Shown one piece after another: positions 47,025-56,865 of a stretch of DNA of 64,000 nucleotides. The stretch's first letter is position 1. Each line of letters starts with the position of its first letter. This stretch comes from Campylobacteraceae bacterium (GTDB taxonomy: Bacteria; Campylobacterota; Campylobacteria; Campylobacterales; Sulfurovaceae). The notes under the pieces were generated by a model. The model did no database searches, had not been told where the DNA came from, and saw only the letters and a list, made by a program, of their open reading frames with translations. Both the position numbers and the translations under genes were made by a program. The stretch is from contig JALVXD010000216.1 in NCBI GenBank assembly GCA_027038295.1, positions 14,804 to 78,803 on the forward strand, written 5' to 3'.

Positions 47025-49340
47025 ATGACAAACCTCTATGAAAAAATTGGACTCTTTTACCTCGGTCGAGACATCGACAAAACCACGCAAAAACCTAGTG
47101 AAGCACTTACACTACTAAAAAATAAAAACTTTACAACTCATGCTGCTATTATCGGTATGACAGGTTCTGGTAAAACTGGTTTGGGTATTGGTCTCATAGA
47201 AGAGGCTGCCATAGACAATATTCCTTCCATTCTTATCGACCCAAAGGGAGACATGGGAAACCTGCTTTTAACTGACCCTACTTTCAACCCCAAAAACTTT
47301 GAACCTTGGGTAGAAGATGAAGCAAGAAGCAAAGAGAAAGATGTTGCTACCTATGCAGCAGATATTGCAAGCATGTGGGAGCAGGGCATAGAACGTGACT
47401 TTCAAGACAGAAGCCGTGTAGCCAAACTTCATGCCGTAGAGAAGACCATCTATACCCCTGGGAGTTCTTCTGGTATCTCTGTCAATATTTTAGGTTCACT
47501 TGAAGCACCACCAACTGAAGTTTTAAACGATTCAGATACCTTTGCCTCGTACCTAAAGAGTACTGTATCATCTCTTCTATCTCTAGTAAAAATAGAAGCA
47601 GACCCTGTAAGCTCTAAAGAGTATCTCCTTATCGCACAGATATTAGCCAACAGATGGATGTCAGGGAAAAGTATCTCACTAGAAGAGCTTATAGGTGCTA
47701 TTATCTCTCCTTCATTTGACAAAATAGGTGTTTTACCTTTGGAGGCTTTTTACCCTCAAGATAAACGTTTTGCATTGGCTACTAAGTTCAACTCTATTAT
47801 TGCTTCTCCTACATTTTCATCATGGCTACAAGGTGAAGATTTGGACATTCAAAAGCTACTTTACGATGAAAATGGTAAAGCAAAAGTAGCCATATTCTCC
47901 ATTGCTCATCTCTCTGATGCCGAACGTATGTTTTTTGTAACACTCTTACTTAACAAATACATCGCATGGATGAGAAGACAGTCAGGAACATCAGCACTTA
48001 AAGCCCTACTCTATATGGATGAGATTTACGGCTATTTCCCACCAAGTAAAAACCCACCATCAAAAGAGCCTATGCTTCTACTCCTTAAACAAGCACGTGC
48101 CTTTGGTGTGGGTGTCATACTCAGTACACAAAACCCTGTTGACTTGGACTACAAGGGGCTTTCAAACATTGGTACATGGTTTATAGGTCGTCTACAAACA
48201 GCACAAGATATTGAGCGTGTTATCGACGGTCTTGGTGGTAAAGTGGGAGCCTCTTACTCCAAGTCAGAAATCAAAGATTTACTTGCCAACCTGCAAAAAC
48301 GTACATTCTTTTTAAAATCTGCCCACCTTGATGACATACGAGTCTTTTCTACTCGCTGGGTTATGTCTTACCTAAAAGGACCTCTAAAATCTGCTGAAAT
48401 CTCAAAACTCATGGCTGATAAAAAGTCTGCAACACCTCAAACTCTTATGAGTAAAACTGTCAAAGAGGATGGTTTTGAAAGTTTTGTAAACATCGACAAA
48501 AGTATCGACCAAAAATTTGCCATGGACGTTACAGGTCAAAACAACTTTAGAGCCACCCTACAAGGAAAAGTAGAACTTCATTACTTTAACGCATCCAAAA
48601 ACATAGATGAAAATGAAACCCTCTGTCTAAACCTTGAACTTTATGAAGATGAGAAGTTAGATTGGGACAATGCCCAAAATATGGATGAGTGTCCACAATT
48701 TTCCGACTCAGAACCAAGCAATGCTTCCTTTGCTCCTTTAAGTGATGATGTATCTTCTGATAAAAATTTAAAAAAGACCAAAAAGTCATTGGTTGACTGG
48801 GTCTACCGAAACAAACGACTAGAGACCTTCAAATGTACCTCTCCACGTCTCTCATCTCTACCTTATGAGAGTTTGGGTGACTTTAAAGTACGCATAAAAG
48901 ACCAACTAGACGACAAAAAAGAGCAAGAGATAGATAAACTTCAAGAGCATTATGAGAAGAAAGAGAAAACCCTTCTAAAACGCCTACAAAGAGCCCAAGA
49001 CAAAGTAGCGAAAGAAGAAGCCGATGCAAGTAAGTCTATGGTTGACACAGGCATTGCCATTTTAGGAGCTCTATTTGGTCGTAGCTCTACAGCTAAATTG
49101 GGTCGTGCCTTCTCAAAAGGAAGTCGTGCCTACAAAGAACGTGGAGACATAAGTAGAGCCCAAGAGGCATTGGCTGAAATACATGAAGAGATAGAACTTT
49201 TAGCAGAAGAACTAGAAGATAAGATAGATGAACTCTCTTTAAAATACGACGTAGAGAATGTAACCATTCAAGAGTCTGCCATGAAACCTAGAAAAAGTGA
49301 CATTCATGTCGATGAACTCTCTTTGGTTTGGGTGGTTTAA
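47025..49340 (+). CDS. HerA/FtsK-superfamily (DUF87/DUF853-like) P-loop ATPase with C-terminal coiled coil
   Basis: HAAIIGMTGSGKT, LIDPKGD, LYMDEIYG, KQARAFGVGVILSTQNPVDLD. Confidence 0.85.
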   Translation: MTNLYEKIGLFYLGRDIDKTTQKPSEALTLLKNKNFTTHAAIIGMTGSGKTGLGIGLIEEAAIDNIPSILIDPKGDMGNLLLTDPTFNPKNFEPWVEDEARSKEKDVATYAADIASMWEQGIERDFQDRSRVAKLHAVEKTIYTPGSSSGISVNILGSLEAPPTEVLNDSDTFASYLKSTVSSLLSLVKIEADPVSSKEYLLIAQILANRWMSGKSISLEELIGAIISPSFDKIGVLPLEAFYPQDKRFALATKFNSIIASPTFSSWLQGEDLDIQKLLYDENGKAKVAIFSIAHLSDAERMFFVTLLLNKYIAWMRRQSGTSALKALLYMDEIYGYFPPSKNPPSKEPMLLLLKQARAFGVGVILSTQNPVDLDYKGLSNIGTWFIGRLQTAQDIERVIDGLGGKVGASYSKSEIKDLLANLQKRTFFLKSAHLDDIRVFSTRWVMSYLKGPLKSAEISKLMADKKSATPQTLMSKTVKEDGFESFVNIDKSIDQKFAMDVTGQNNFRATLQGKVELHYFNASKNIDENETLCLNLELYEDEKLDWDNAQNMDECPQFSDSEPSNASFAPLSDDVSSDKNLKKTKKSLVDWVYRNKRLETFKCTSPRLSSLPYESLGDFKVRIKDQLDDKKEQEIDKLQEHYEKKEKTLLKRLQRAQDKVAKEEADASKSMVDTGIAILGALFGRSSTAKLGRAFSKGSRAYKERGDISRAQEALAEIHEEIELLAEELEDKIDELSLKYDVENVTIQESAMKPRKSDIHVDELSLVWVV

Positions 49341-49389
49341 AACTTCTCCTGTATAATATTTATAGATAAATAATACTACAGGAAATAAT

Positions 49390-50721
49390 ATGAATTTACG
49401 AATAACACTACTAACCTCTACTCTTCTACTCTTTACAGCTTGTGGGGGTGGAGGCACTTCAAGCTCTAAATATCAAGATAGTAAAATGAGTTGCCAACCT
49501 GCAACAAGTGTAAATATTTTTTCTAAGACAGATATAGAGACTTTTTCCATAGATAACCCTATAAACGAACCAAAAATTTTATTAGCAAACAATCCAACTC
49601 TTTCTACTACTCCTTTAGCCTTTGACAAAAAAAGTATTTATGAACTTTTTCAAACAGAGTACTACTGGGCAAATGAAACAGTTGACAACTTTGACTACTC
49701 CAACTACACCTCACCTCAAGCACTCATTAATGATTTGAAAAACAGTAAAGACCGATGGAGCTTTGCTATGACCAAAGAAGATTATGGGAACCTTACTTCC
49801 CAAAAGTCTGGTGGTTTTGGTTTTGCCTGTCAAGATGTCACCACTGGATGTCATGTTACCTATGTAAGAATAGACTCACCTGCTGACAAAATTGGTCTTA
49901 AACGCTCTGATGTTATTACGAAAATCAATGGCAAAAAAGCTACGCATGACGCTATATATAAAACGGGTAAGGAGCTAGAAAAAAGAGCAACGCTTACAGT
50001 TAACCGTAAAAACACCCATGAAACATGTAATGGTTCCGTAACTCCTCGTGACTACACCTATAAAGTCGCCAAAGGAGAAGTTATTCACACCCCTAAAAAT
50101 GAAAAAGTAGGATACCTTCGCCTAGACTCTTTTATGGGTGCAGAGAGTATTGTAAATCAAATAGATGAAGCCTTCAACAATTTTAAAAAAGAGCGTATCA
50201 AAAAACTGGTCATCGACCTTCGTTATAATGGTGGGGGTTCTGTCACCGTTGCCTCTAAACTTTTAGACAAACTCTCTACGGCACACATCAACCAAGAGCA
50301 ATTTACTCTAGCATGGAATGATGACTACAAAAAGAACAATTCAACCTACCGTTTTGAAAAAGATAGTAACTCATTAGATTTAGAGCAGATTCTCTTTCTA
50401 ACTACACAAGGTTCAGCCTCTGCTTCAGAACTAGTTATCTCTGCTATGAAACCCTACCTAAGCGAAGATAATATTGTAATCATAGGTGATAAAACACATG
50501 GTAAACCAGTAGGTATGGGTGGAAAAACCGATGTAAACTACTACTACTTTCTCATAAACTTTGTAGTCAAAAACTCTCTTGGTTTTTATGATTATTTTGA
50601 GGGGCTACCCGTAACATCAGGCTGTGACATAAAAGACGACCCTTTTCATGAAATGGGTGACCCAAAAGAAAGTATGCTAAAAGCTGCCCTACACTATGTT
50701 GACACAGGAAGTTGTAAATAG
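49390..50721 (+). CDS. S41-family peptidase lipoprotein with PDZ domain
   Basis: Lipobox LFTAC; PDZ (VTYVRIDSPADKIGLKRSDVI); VIDLRYNGGG, SASASELV (Ser), GKPVG (Lys). Confidence 0.9.
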   Translation: MNLRITLLTSTLLLFTACGGGGTSSSKYQDSKMSCQPATSVNIFSKTDIETFSIDNPINEPKILLANNPTLSTTPLAFDKKSIYELFQTEYYWANETVDNFDYSNYTSPQALINDLKNSKDRWSFAMTKEDYGNLTSQKSGGFGFACQDVTTGCHVTYVRIDSPADKIGLKRSDVITKINGKKATHDAIYKTGKELEKRATLTVNRKNTHETCNGSVTPRDYTYKVAKGEVIHTPKNEKVGYLRLDSFMGAESIVNQIDEAFNNFKKERIKKLVIDLRYNGGGSVTVASKLLDKLSTAHINQEQFTLAWNDDYKKNNSTYRFEKDSNSLDLEQILFLTTQGSASASELVISAMKPYLSEDNIVIIGDKTHGKPVGMGGKTDVNYYYFLINFVVKNSLGFYDYFEGLPVTSGCDIKDDPFHEMGDPKESMLKAALHYVDTGSCK

Positions 50722-51570
50722 TTAAACAATAGTCGGAGCAAAAGCCTTAGTACTTATGCTAACCTTTTCTCCGACCTTTAACCCTTTGGCTTCCATAGGG
50801 GAAACCACCACTTCCACCAACTGCTGACCAATAGCCACTATGGCTACAAACATGACATCTACTTTTATGAGTTCAAGCAACTCCCCTTCAAAAGAGAATT
50901 TTTGAGAACCATTTGTTTTTAACAACACCTCTTTAGGCAGACCATCATCAACAACTCTCCCTTGCTCTAAAACCACTACACGAGAAGATAAACGGTAAAT
51001 CTCCGAAGGGTCATGACTCACCATAATGGTTGTGGTTCCAAACTCCTTGTGCAGTGTCAAAATCTCATTTTGAAGTTTGGTACGCATAGCAGGGTCAAGA
51101 GCAGAGAGAGGTTCGTCCATAAGTAGTAGTTTAGGTCGGTTCATTAAGGCTCTACAGAGACTCACTCGCTGTTTTTGTCCTCCACTTAGTGTGCTGGGTC
51201 GTCTTTTGGCTAACTCGCTCAATTCGGTCACTTCTAGGAGCTGTTTTGCCAACGCTTTGTCGTTTTGCACAAAAAGCAGGTTCTCTTCTACGGTCATGTT
51301 TGGAAACAGTGCATAATCTTGAAATACAAACCCAATCTTTCGTTTTTGGGGAGCCAAGCTAAACTTCTCATCTTGCCACACTTCATCACCTATGTGAATA
51401 ACTCCCGATGAACTCTCAAGCCCTGCCAATATTCGTAAAAGCGTTGTCTTCCCACTTCCACTCTTACCTGCCAACGCCAAAAAATCACCCTCGTTGATTT
51501 CAAGGTTGACATTTAAGTCCATCTCACCCTTTGCACCGTGGAGTTTTTTATTTATATCTATTTTAATCAT
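50722..51570 (-). CDS. modC: molybdate ABC transporter ATP-binding protein
   Basis: GKSGSGKT, LSGGQKQRV, LLMDEP, C-terminal TOBE; follows modB. Confidence 0.9.
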   Translation of the reverse strand: MIKIDINKKLHGAKGEMDLNVNLEINEGDFLALAGKSGSGKTTLLRILAGLESSSGVIHIGDEVWQDEKFSLAPQKRKIGFVFQDYALFPNMTVEENLLFVQNDKALAKQLLEVTELSELAKRRPSTLSGGQKQRVSLCRALMNRPKLLLMDEPLSALDPAMRTKLQNEILTLHKEFGTTTIMVSHDPSEIYRLSSRVVVLEQGRVVDDGLPKEVLLKTNGSQKFSFEGELLELIKVDVMFVAIVAIGQQLVEVVVSPMEAKGLKVGEKVSISTKAFAPTIV

Positions 51571-52226
51571 TAGTGAAACCCACCTATCTTTTTCTGCGTA
51601 TGATTAAAGACATAGACCGACAAAAGCACCACAAAACTTATAAGCACCATAATAGCCGAATAGATATGAGCCGTACCATAATCCATTATCTCCACCATTT
51701 CATAAATGGCAATAGAAGCGACCTTAGTCTCATCAGGAATGCTCCCACCTATCATCAATACCACCCCAAACTCTCCAACCGTATGAGCAAAGGTAATAAT
51801 AAGAGCCGTAAGCAGAGCAGGTTTTATATTTGGCAGTGCCACTTTTAAAAGCGTGGTCAATCTACTTTTTCCACTCAAATAAGAAGCTTCTAGCATGTTT
51901 TTGTTCAACCCTTCAAACCCACCTTGCAAAGGCTGAACCATAAAAGGCAAAGAGTAAAAACAAGAGGCAATCACCAACCCCGTAAAACTAAAAGCCAAAT
52001 CGACCTTTGCAAAGAGTATCAAAATATAAAATCCCAAAACCGATGGAGGCAAAACAATAGGCAAAGCCGTAATAGCCTCTAAAAATGGCTTGGCTTTTGA
52101 TCTGCTTTGAGACAGATACCATGCCAAAGGTAGACTAATTATAAAAAGAATAAGCGTGGTTAATCCTGCCAGTTTAAAGGACAGTATGAACGGGGTTAGG
52201 TCTAGGGTTTTTAGGGTTTCTAGCAT
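51570..52226 (-). CDS. modB: molybdate ABC transporter permease
   Basis: [38 protein letters not shown]. Confidence 0.95.
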   Translation of the reverse strand: MLETLKTLDLTPFILSFKLAGLTTLILFIISLPLAWYLSQSRSKAKPFLEAITALPIVLPPSVLGFYILILFAKVDLAFSFTGLVIASCFYSLPFMVQPLQGGFEGLNKNMLEASYLSGKSRLTTLLKVALPNIKPALLTALIITFAHTVGEFGVVLMIGGSIPDETKVASIAIYEMVEIMDYGTAHIYSAIMVLISFVVLLSVYVFNHTQKKIGGFH

Positions 52227-52266
52227 TTTAGTTTCCGTCCATTATCTTTTTGACTTTCAAAAACCC

Positions 52267-52360
52267 GTAGGGTGCTATTTTCCAACGCACCTTTAATTGG
52301 CATAAAGAAAAAATTTGTTTTTGATTTGAATAATTGGTGCGTTAGAAAACGGCACCCTAC
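52267..52360. repeat. REPIN-like element, family A (inverted pair of GTAG-GGTGC..GCACC REPs)
   Basis: gtagggtgctattttccaacgcacc (52267-52291, +) and gtagggtgccgttttctaacgcacc (52360-52336, -). Confidence 0.85.
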
Positions 52361-52368
52361 AAAAGCTC

Positions 52369-53025
52369 TCATACCAACCCCAACTCACAAGCCATATCTC
52401 TTTTCAATTTAGAAAATGGCTCTTTAGATAAATCTGCATTATCATCTATCAAAGAGAAAATATCTTGCTTTATTTGTTGATAGGGTATGCCTGTTAAATC
52501 TTGCAACTCTTTTAATCTACTTTCAGGGTAAAGCTCTGCATTTTTTATCATCTCAAGGACTATATCTTTGTGGGCTTGGTAGCGTTCGTTTAGTTTGAAA
52601 GTTTTTATATATTTTTCATATTCGTTTGAGTAGTTTTCTTTTAGAGGTATGTCGATGTCATCTTTTGATTTTATGTTTAGGTCTTTACAGTTTTTATGTA
52701 AAAAGAGTTTGAATTTTACTTTTTCATCAAATTGAAAAGATTTTAAATAAGGGTTGGTAGACTCCAACTCTTTATCTCCATAGAACGGTGTACTTCCTTT
52801 TATTTTAGAATTACAAACAGAACATGACGGAATCAAATTAAAAATAGAGAGTGCTAAATATGGGTAGCTTCCTTTATCAATAAAATGGTCTAATGTAAAT
52901 TTATTTTTACTATTCTCTTCTTCATCATACTCATCATGAAACGTACACTCAAATCTAGGCGAAAAATTAAACCCCTGCTTATGAATATTTTTATAATCTT
53001 CAACCCATAGATAGACAAGTTCCAT
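52369..53025 (-). pseudogene. chimeric remnant: AAA-ATPase N-terminus fused in frame to an HNH-nuclease C-terminal half (Septu PtuA/PtuB-like)
   Basis: aa 1-37 (MELVYLWVEDYKNIHKQGFNFSPRFE) resemble the first strands of ABC/AAA_21 defence ATPases but no Walker A follows. aa ~43 onward give LDHF...LALSIFNLIPSCSVCNSKIK (HNH) without the upstream CxxC. Confidence 0.68.
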
Positions 53026-53066
53026 ACTTTCCCTTTTTTCTTTATGAAGTTATTATATCAAAATTT

Positions 53067-53234
53067 GTAGGGTGCTGTTTTCCAACGCACCTTCAATTGG
53101 CATAAATAAAAAATCTCTTTTTAGGTTTAACTAATTGATGTGTTAAAAACAATACTCTTATATTTTTAAGCCTTTCGGCGAAACTTCTCTTTATGCCAAT
53201 TTCATTTAACGGTGCGTTGAAAACAGCACCCTAC
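53067..53234. repeat. REPIN-like element, family A, second locus
   Basis: gtagggtgctgttttccaacgcacc (53067-53091, +), a decayed inner arm near 53136-53160, and gtagggtgctgttttcaacgcacc (53234-53211, -); shares the inner aattggcataaa with the first locus. Confidence 0.85.
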
Positions 53235-53243
53235 AACATATTA

Positions 53244-53633
53244 TCACCCACAAACAAAAACCTCACTCCCCTTAATTAAAACCATGACATCATCACCCAC
53301 ACTTAACCCCATGCTTAACGTCGCTTCTACCGTCAGCAGACACTCCAAAGAAAATCTCTCTAACTCTACTTGAACAGAACTTAATAAATCACCCTTGTCA
53401 ATGGCTGTCACTTTGGCTGTTAACTGGTTGACAATGCTGAGTTCCCCTGTGAAGTTTTTAGCTAAAGAGATGTTGGTTGATTTCACGCTTAACTCTACAG
53501 TAGAGCCTATTTTAATGGTGTCTCGTAATTCTAAACTGACGACTTTTATACGTTGACAACCCAGTTTACAAGTGACAATGTGTAGCTTGTCATTTTTGTC
53601 AATCTTTTCTACTTTTACACTCAATTTGTTCAT
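53244..53633 (-). CDS. TOBE/Mop-domain molybdenum-binding protein
   Basis: Two TOBE units (MNKLSVKVEKI...VKST; IVNQLTAKVTAI...GDDVMVLIKGSEV); inside the mod operon. Confidence 0.88.
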   Translation of the reverse strand: MNKLSVKVEKIDKNDKLHIVTCKLGCQRIKVVSLELRDTIKIGSTVELSVKSTNISLAKNFTGELSIVNQLTAKVTAIDKGDLLSSVQVELERFSLECLLTVEATLSMGLSVGDDVMVLIKGSEVFVCG

Positions 53634-54373
53634 GGAATGATGTACCCGAACTCTTTAAATATCTGCTCTGCTTTTTTAGAAAAGATAAAAGCATAAAAGG
53701 CTAACGCCTCTGGCGACTTTTCACCTTGTTTTAAAATGACAATGCCTTGGTCTATAGGGGTGTAGAGTTTTGGGTCAACATCTGCCCAGTTTTTACCTTT
53801 TTTGAAGTGAGACATTTGAGGGCTAAAGAGAGAAGACTTTGCGATAAAACCTATGTCAGTAGCTTTGGTGGCGTAGGTTACGGTTTGAGAAATAGACTCA
53901 CCAAAGACAAATTTATTTTTTATATCATTATAGACTTTTGCATTTTCTAAAGCCTCTTTTGTCGCTATGCCATAAGGGGCTGTTTTAGGATTGGCGACGG
54001 CTATTTTTTTGACTTCATCACTTTTTAGTAACTCCATCACCTTTGTAAAGTCTCTTTTTTGTTTAGACAAATACGCCAATGAACCTTGGGCGTAAACCAA
54101 AGGTCTAGTTACTGCAAAATCTTCTTTGTAGAGTGTTTCGGGGTAAAGCATGTTTGCTCCCATGAAGATGTCGTAAGGGGCTCCATGTTTTATTTGAGCT
54201 GTGAGTTTCCCTGTGCTTCCTAAGATGACTTGCACTTTAGTGTCGGGGTAGAGTCGGTTAAACTCTTTTTTTAGGTCATTTATGGCGTAACTCACATTGG
54301 CTGCTACGGCTACTTTTATGGTTTTGGCTTGGGTAAATAGGGTTAATAACAGTGCTACTATTAAAAATTTCAT
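53630..54373 (-). CDS. modA: molybdate ABC transporter substrate-binding protein
   Basis: Signal peptide MKFLIVALLLTLFTQA, VAVAANVS, GSTGKL...GAPYDIF, ANPKTAPYG, GESISQ; start at the ATG at 54373. Confidence 0.95.
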   Translation of the reverse strand: MKFLIVALLLTLFTQAKTIKVAVAANVSYAINDLKKEFNRLYPDTKVQVILGSTGKLTAQIKHGAPYDIFMGANMLYPETLYKEDFAVTRPLVYAQGSLAYLSKQKRDFTKVMELLKSDEVKKIAVANPKTAPYGIATKEALENAKVYNDIKNKFVFGESISQTVTYATKATDIGFIAKSSLFSPQMSHFKKGKNWADVDPKLYTPIDQGIVILKQGEKSPEALAFYAFIFSKKAEQIFKEFGYIIP

Positions 54374-54383
54374 TTTTTTCCTT

Positions 54384-54490
54384 GTAGGTTTGACCATGTC
54401 AAACGTTAAATCTCACTTTAATCTAAATGGAGATTTGTTATTTTTTAATCTGCTATGCTTGGTTTTGACGTTTGACATGGTCAAACCTAC
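54384..54490. repeat. REPIN-like element, family B (GTAG-GTTTGAC-cat-GTCAAAC), copy 1
   Basis: REP at 54384-54404 (+) and 54490-54470 (-). Confidence 0.88.
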
Positions 54491-54635
54491 GATTTTCTTA
54501 CATATGTCTATAGATAAAAGTATAACGTTATATGGTTTAGAAAACAATACTATATCACCCTTATGCTATAATCACAGCAATAGATGCAAGATGTGAATAA
54601 ATCTCTTGCAACCCCAATAATGAAGAAGAAAAATA

Positions 54636-55577
54636 ATGAGAATCAACAAATATATCTCGCACAATACCAAGTATTCACGTCGTGAAGCAGACAAGCTTAT
54701 AGAAGCTGGAGAAGTTTTCGTGAATCGTAAAAAGATAGAAGATTTCGCCTACGACGTTCAAGAGGGCGATGAAGTCTCCATAAAAGGTCTTCACGTCAAA
54801 GAGCGAACAGAACTCACCATGATAGTCTTTAACAAACCAAAAGGGACACTGGTCACCCGTAAAGACGACCGTGGACGAACCACCATTTTTCACAAGCTCC
54901 CTGGGAAGTTTAGACACTTTATCCCTATTGGGCGTTTGGACTTTGCTTCTGAGGGGCTTCTACTTTTGACCGACTCGCCAAAAGTAGCAGAGGTTATGAT
55001 GCAAAGTGGGCTAGACCGTACCTACAACATTAAAATAGACAAAGCCTTTTCAAACGAAATGGAGGAGGCGATGCGTGAAGGTCTTATTTTGGACGATGCC
55101 CGTGCAGGTGGACATGAGAAGTCTAAAATTTATGGCATGGAGTTTGAGCCTTTTGTGCATTATGAAGTACGTAACGCAGGAGCAAACTTTACCAAGCTAC
55201 GTGTGACCATCGCAGAGGGTAAAAACCGTGAGCTTCGTCGTTTCTTTGGACACTTTGAAGCCAATGTACTTGACCTTAAAAGGGTAGAGTTTGGAGGGAT
55301 TCAGCTTAACAACTTACCAACAGGAAAAACACGTTTCTTTACGCGTCGTGAGTATGATGACCTACACAAGTACCTAAAAATGATACGCCAAGTAGAAGCA
55401 CAAGAGAAAAAAGAGGAAGAGGACAGAGTAAAAGCTGAACGCCTTCGTGAAAAAAGACAAAACCAAACAGAAGACCAAAGAAGACGTGCTGAATCGGCTG
55501 AGAAGAAGAGACTCAAAGAGATTAAGCAGAAAAACTCTAACAAAAACAACCCAAACAAAAAAAATAAGAAGTTCTAA
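54636..55577 (+). CDS. RsuA/RluB-family pseudouridine synthase with charged C-terminal tail
   Basis: S4 domain (MRINKYIS...SRREADKLI), FNKPKG, IGRLDFASEGLLLLTD, EGKNRELRR. Confidence 0.92.
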   Translation: MRINKYISHNTKYSRREADKLIEAGEVFVNRKKIEDFAYDVQEGDEVSIKGLHVKERTELTMIVFNKPKGTLVTRKDDRGRTTIFHKLPGKFRHFIPIGRLDFASEGLLLLTDSPKVAEVMMQSGLDRTYNIKIDKAFSNEMEEAMREGLILDDARAGGHEKSKIYGMEFEPFVHYEVRNAGANFTKLRVTIAEGKNRELRRFFGHFEANVLDLKRVEFGGIQLNNLPTGKTRFFTRREYDDLHKYLKMIRQVEAQEKKEEEDRVKAERLREKRQNQTEDQRRRAESAEKKRLKEIKQKNSNKNNPNKKNKKF

Positions 55578-56755
55578 TGTCTTTGGCTCTAAAGTACCGA
55601 CCGACCACGCTCGATGAGATTGTGGGGCAAGAGCATCTTTTAGAGCAAGGTCAAGTCTTGCGAACCCTTATAGAGAAGAAGAGTTTACTTCACTCTTTTT
55701 TTTATGGACCTCCAGGTTGTGGAAAAACTACTTTGGCAAGGGTCATAGCCAAAGAGTTACAAGCTCCCTTTTTTGAACTCAATGCCACCACACTTAAAGT
55801 AGAAGATTTACGAAAAATCTTTAAAAGCTATGCCAATGCTTTAGAGAAACCTCTAATATTTATAGATGAAGTGCATAGACTCTCTAAAAATCAACAAGAG
55901 GTTTTGCTTCCGTTTATGGAGAACAACTCGGCACTCATCATTGGGGCATCGACAGAAAACCCCTACTACTCCCTCACCTCTGCCATGCGTTCACGTTCTC
56001 ACCTCTTTGAGCTAAAGCATGTGAATAACTCTGCTCTGCATCAACAACTTGACAAAATAGTCGAAAAAGAAGTTATTCACATAGCACAAGATGCAAAAGA
56101 TTTTTTAGTTAGCTCCTCCTCTGGCGATGTTCGTGCCATGTTGAACCTTTTAGAAACTGCTGTGACTTTAGGCTCAGAGATAAGCTTAGAAAAACTAAAG
56201 TCCATTCGCCCCCATGCCCTACAAGCAGGTAGTTCTGAAGCCGACTCACACTACGACCTAGCCTCTGCGATGATAAAGTCCATACGTGGTTCAGACATCG
56301 ATGCCAGTGTTTACTACCTAGCACGTTTGGTTAATGGTGGAGAACCTGCTGAGTTTATAGCACGACGTTTGTGCATCTTAGCCAGTGAAGACATAGGCAA
56401 TGCCAACCCTCATGCTTTAAACCTAGCCTCTTCTACTTTAAATATAGTAAAGATGATTGGTTACCCTGAAGCTCGAATCTCTTTATCACAGTTGGTTATC
56501 TATTTGGCTTCTTCACCCAAGTCAAACTCTGCTTATATGGCGATAAACTCTGCACTTCAAGCCATACAAGCTGGAGAGATTCACCCCATACCTGCAAACA
56601 TAAAACATGACAAGGTTAATTACTTGTACCCACATAATTTTAACGGTTGGGTTGAACAGAGTTACATGAGTAAAAATATGAAGTTTTATGAGAGTTCTAA
56701 AATAGGATTTGAAAAGACGTTGGATGAGTGGATAAAGAAGATTAAAAACACGTAG
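55577..56755 (+). CDS. rarA: replication-associated recombination protein A
   Basis: RPTTLDEIVGQ, GPPGCGKTT, FIDEVHR, IKSIRGSD, ASEDIGNA. Confidence 0.95.
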   Translation: MSLALKYRPTTLDEIVGQEHLLEQGQVLRTLIEKKSLLHSFFYGPPGCGKTTLARVIAKELQAPFFELNATTLKVEDLRKIFKSYANALEKPLIFIDEVHRLSKNQQEVLLPFMENNSALIIGASTENPYYSLTSAMRSRSHLFELKHVNNSALHQQLDKIVEKEVIHIAQDAKDFLVSSSSGDVRAMLNLLETAVTLGSEISLEKLKSIRPHALQAGSSEADSHYDLASAMIKSIRGSDIDASVYYLARLVNGGEPAEFIARRLCILASEDIGNANPHALNLASSTLNIVKMIGYPEARISLSQLVIYLASSPKSNSAYMAINSALQAIQAGEIHPIPANIKHDKVNYLYPHNFNGWVEQSYMSKNMKFYESSKIGFEKTLDEWIKKIKNT

Positions 56756-56856
56756 GTGTGACCATGTCACACGCCAAAATGAATGGGGATAATTTCACAA
56801 TTGTTATCCCCATAAAGTAAAAACTGAGATTTGACGTTTGACATGGTCAAACCTAC
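56752..56856. repeat. REPIN-like element, family B, copy 2 (between convergent rarA and typA)
   Basis: GTAG-GTGTGAC-cat-GTCACAC at 56752-56772 (+) and GTAG-GTTTGAC-cat-GTCAAAC at 56856-56836 (-). Confidence 0.88.
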
Positions 56857-56865
56857 AGTATTGTT

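Noticed and set aside
54506-54535. ModE-like box upstream of modA (tgtctatagataaaagtataacg)
   Set aside because: Only one half-site resembles the consensus and it overlaps the probable -10; no ModE DNA-binding domain is encoded in the window.
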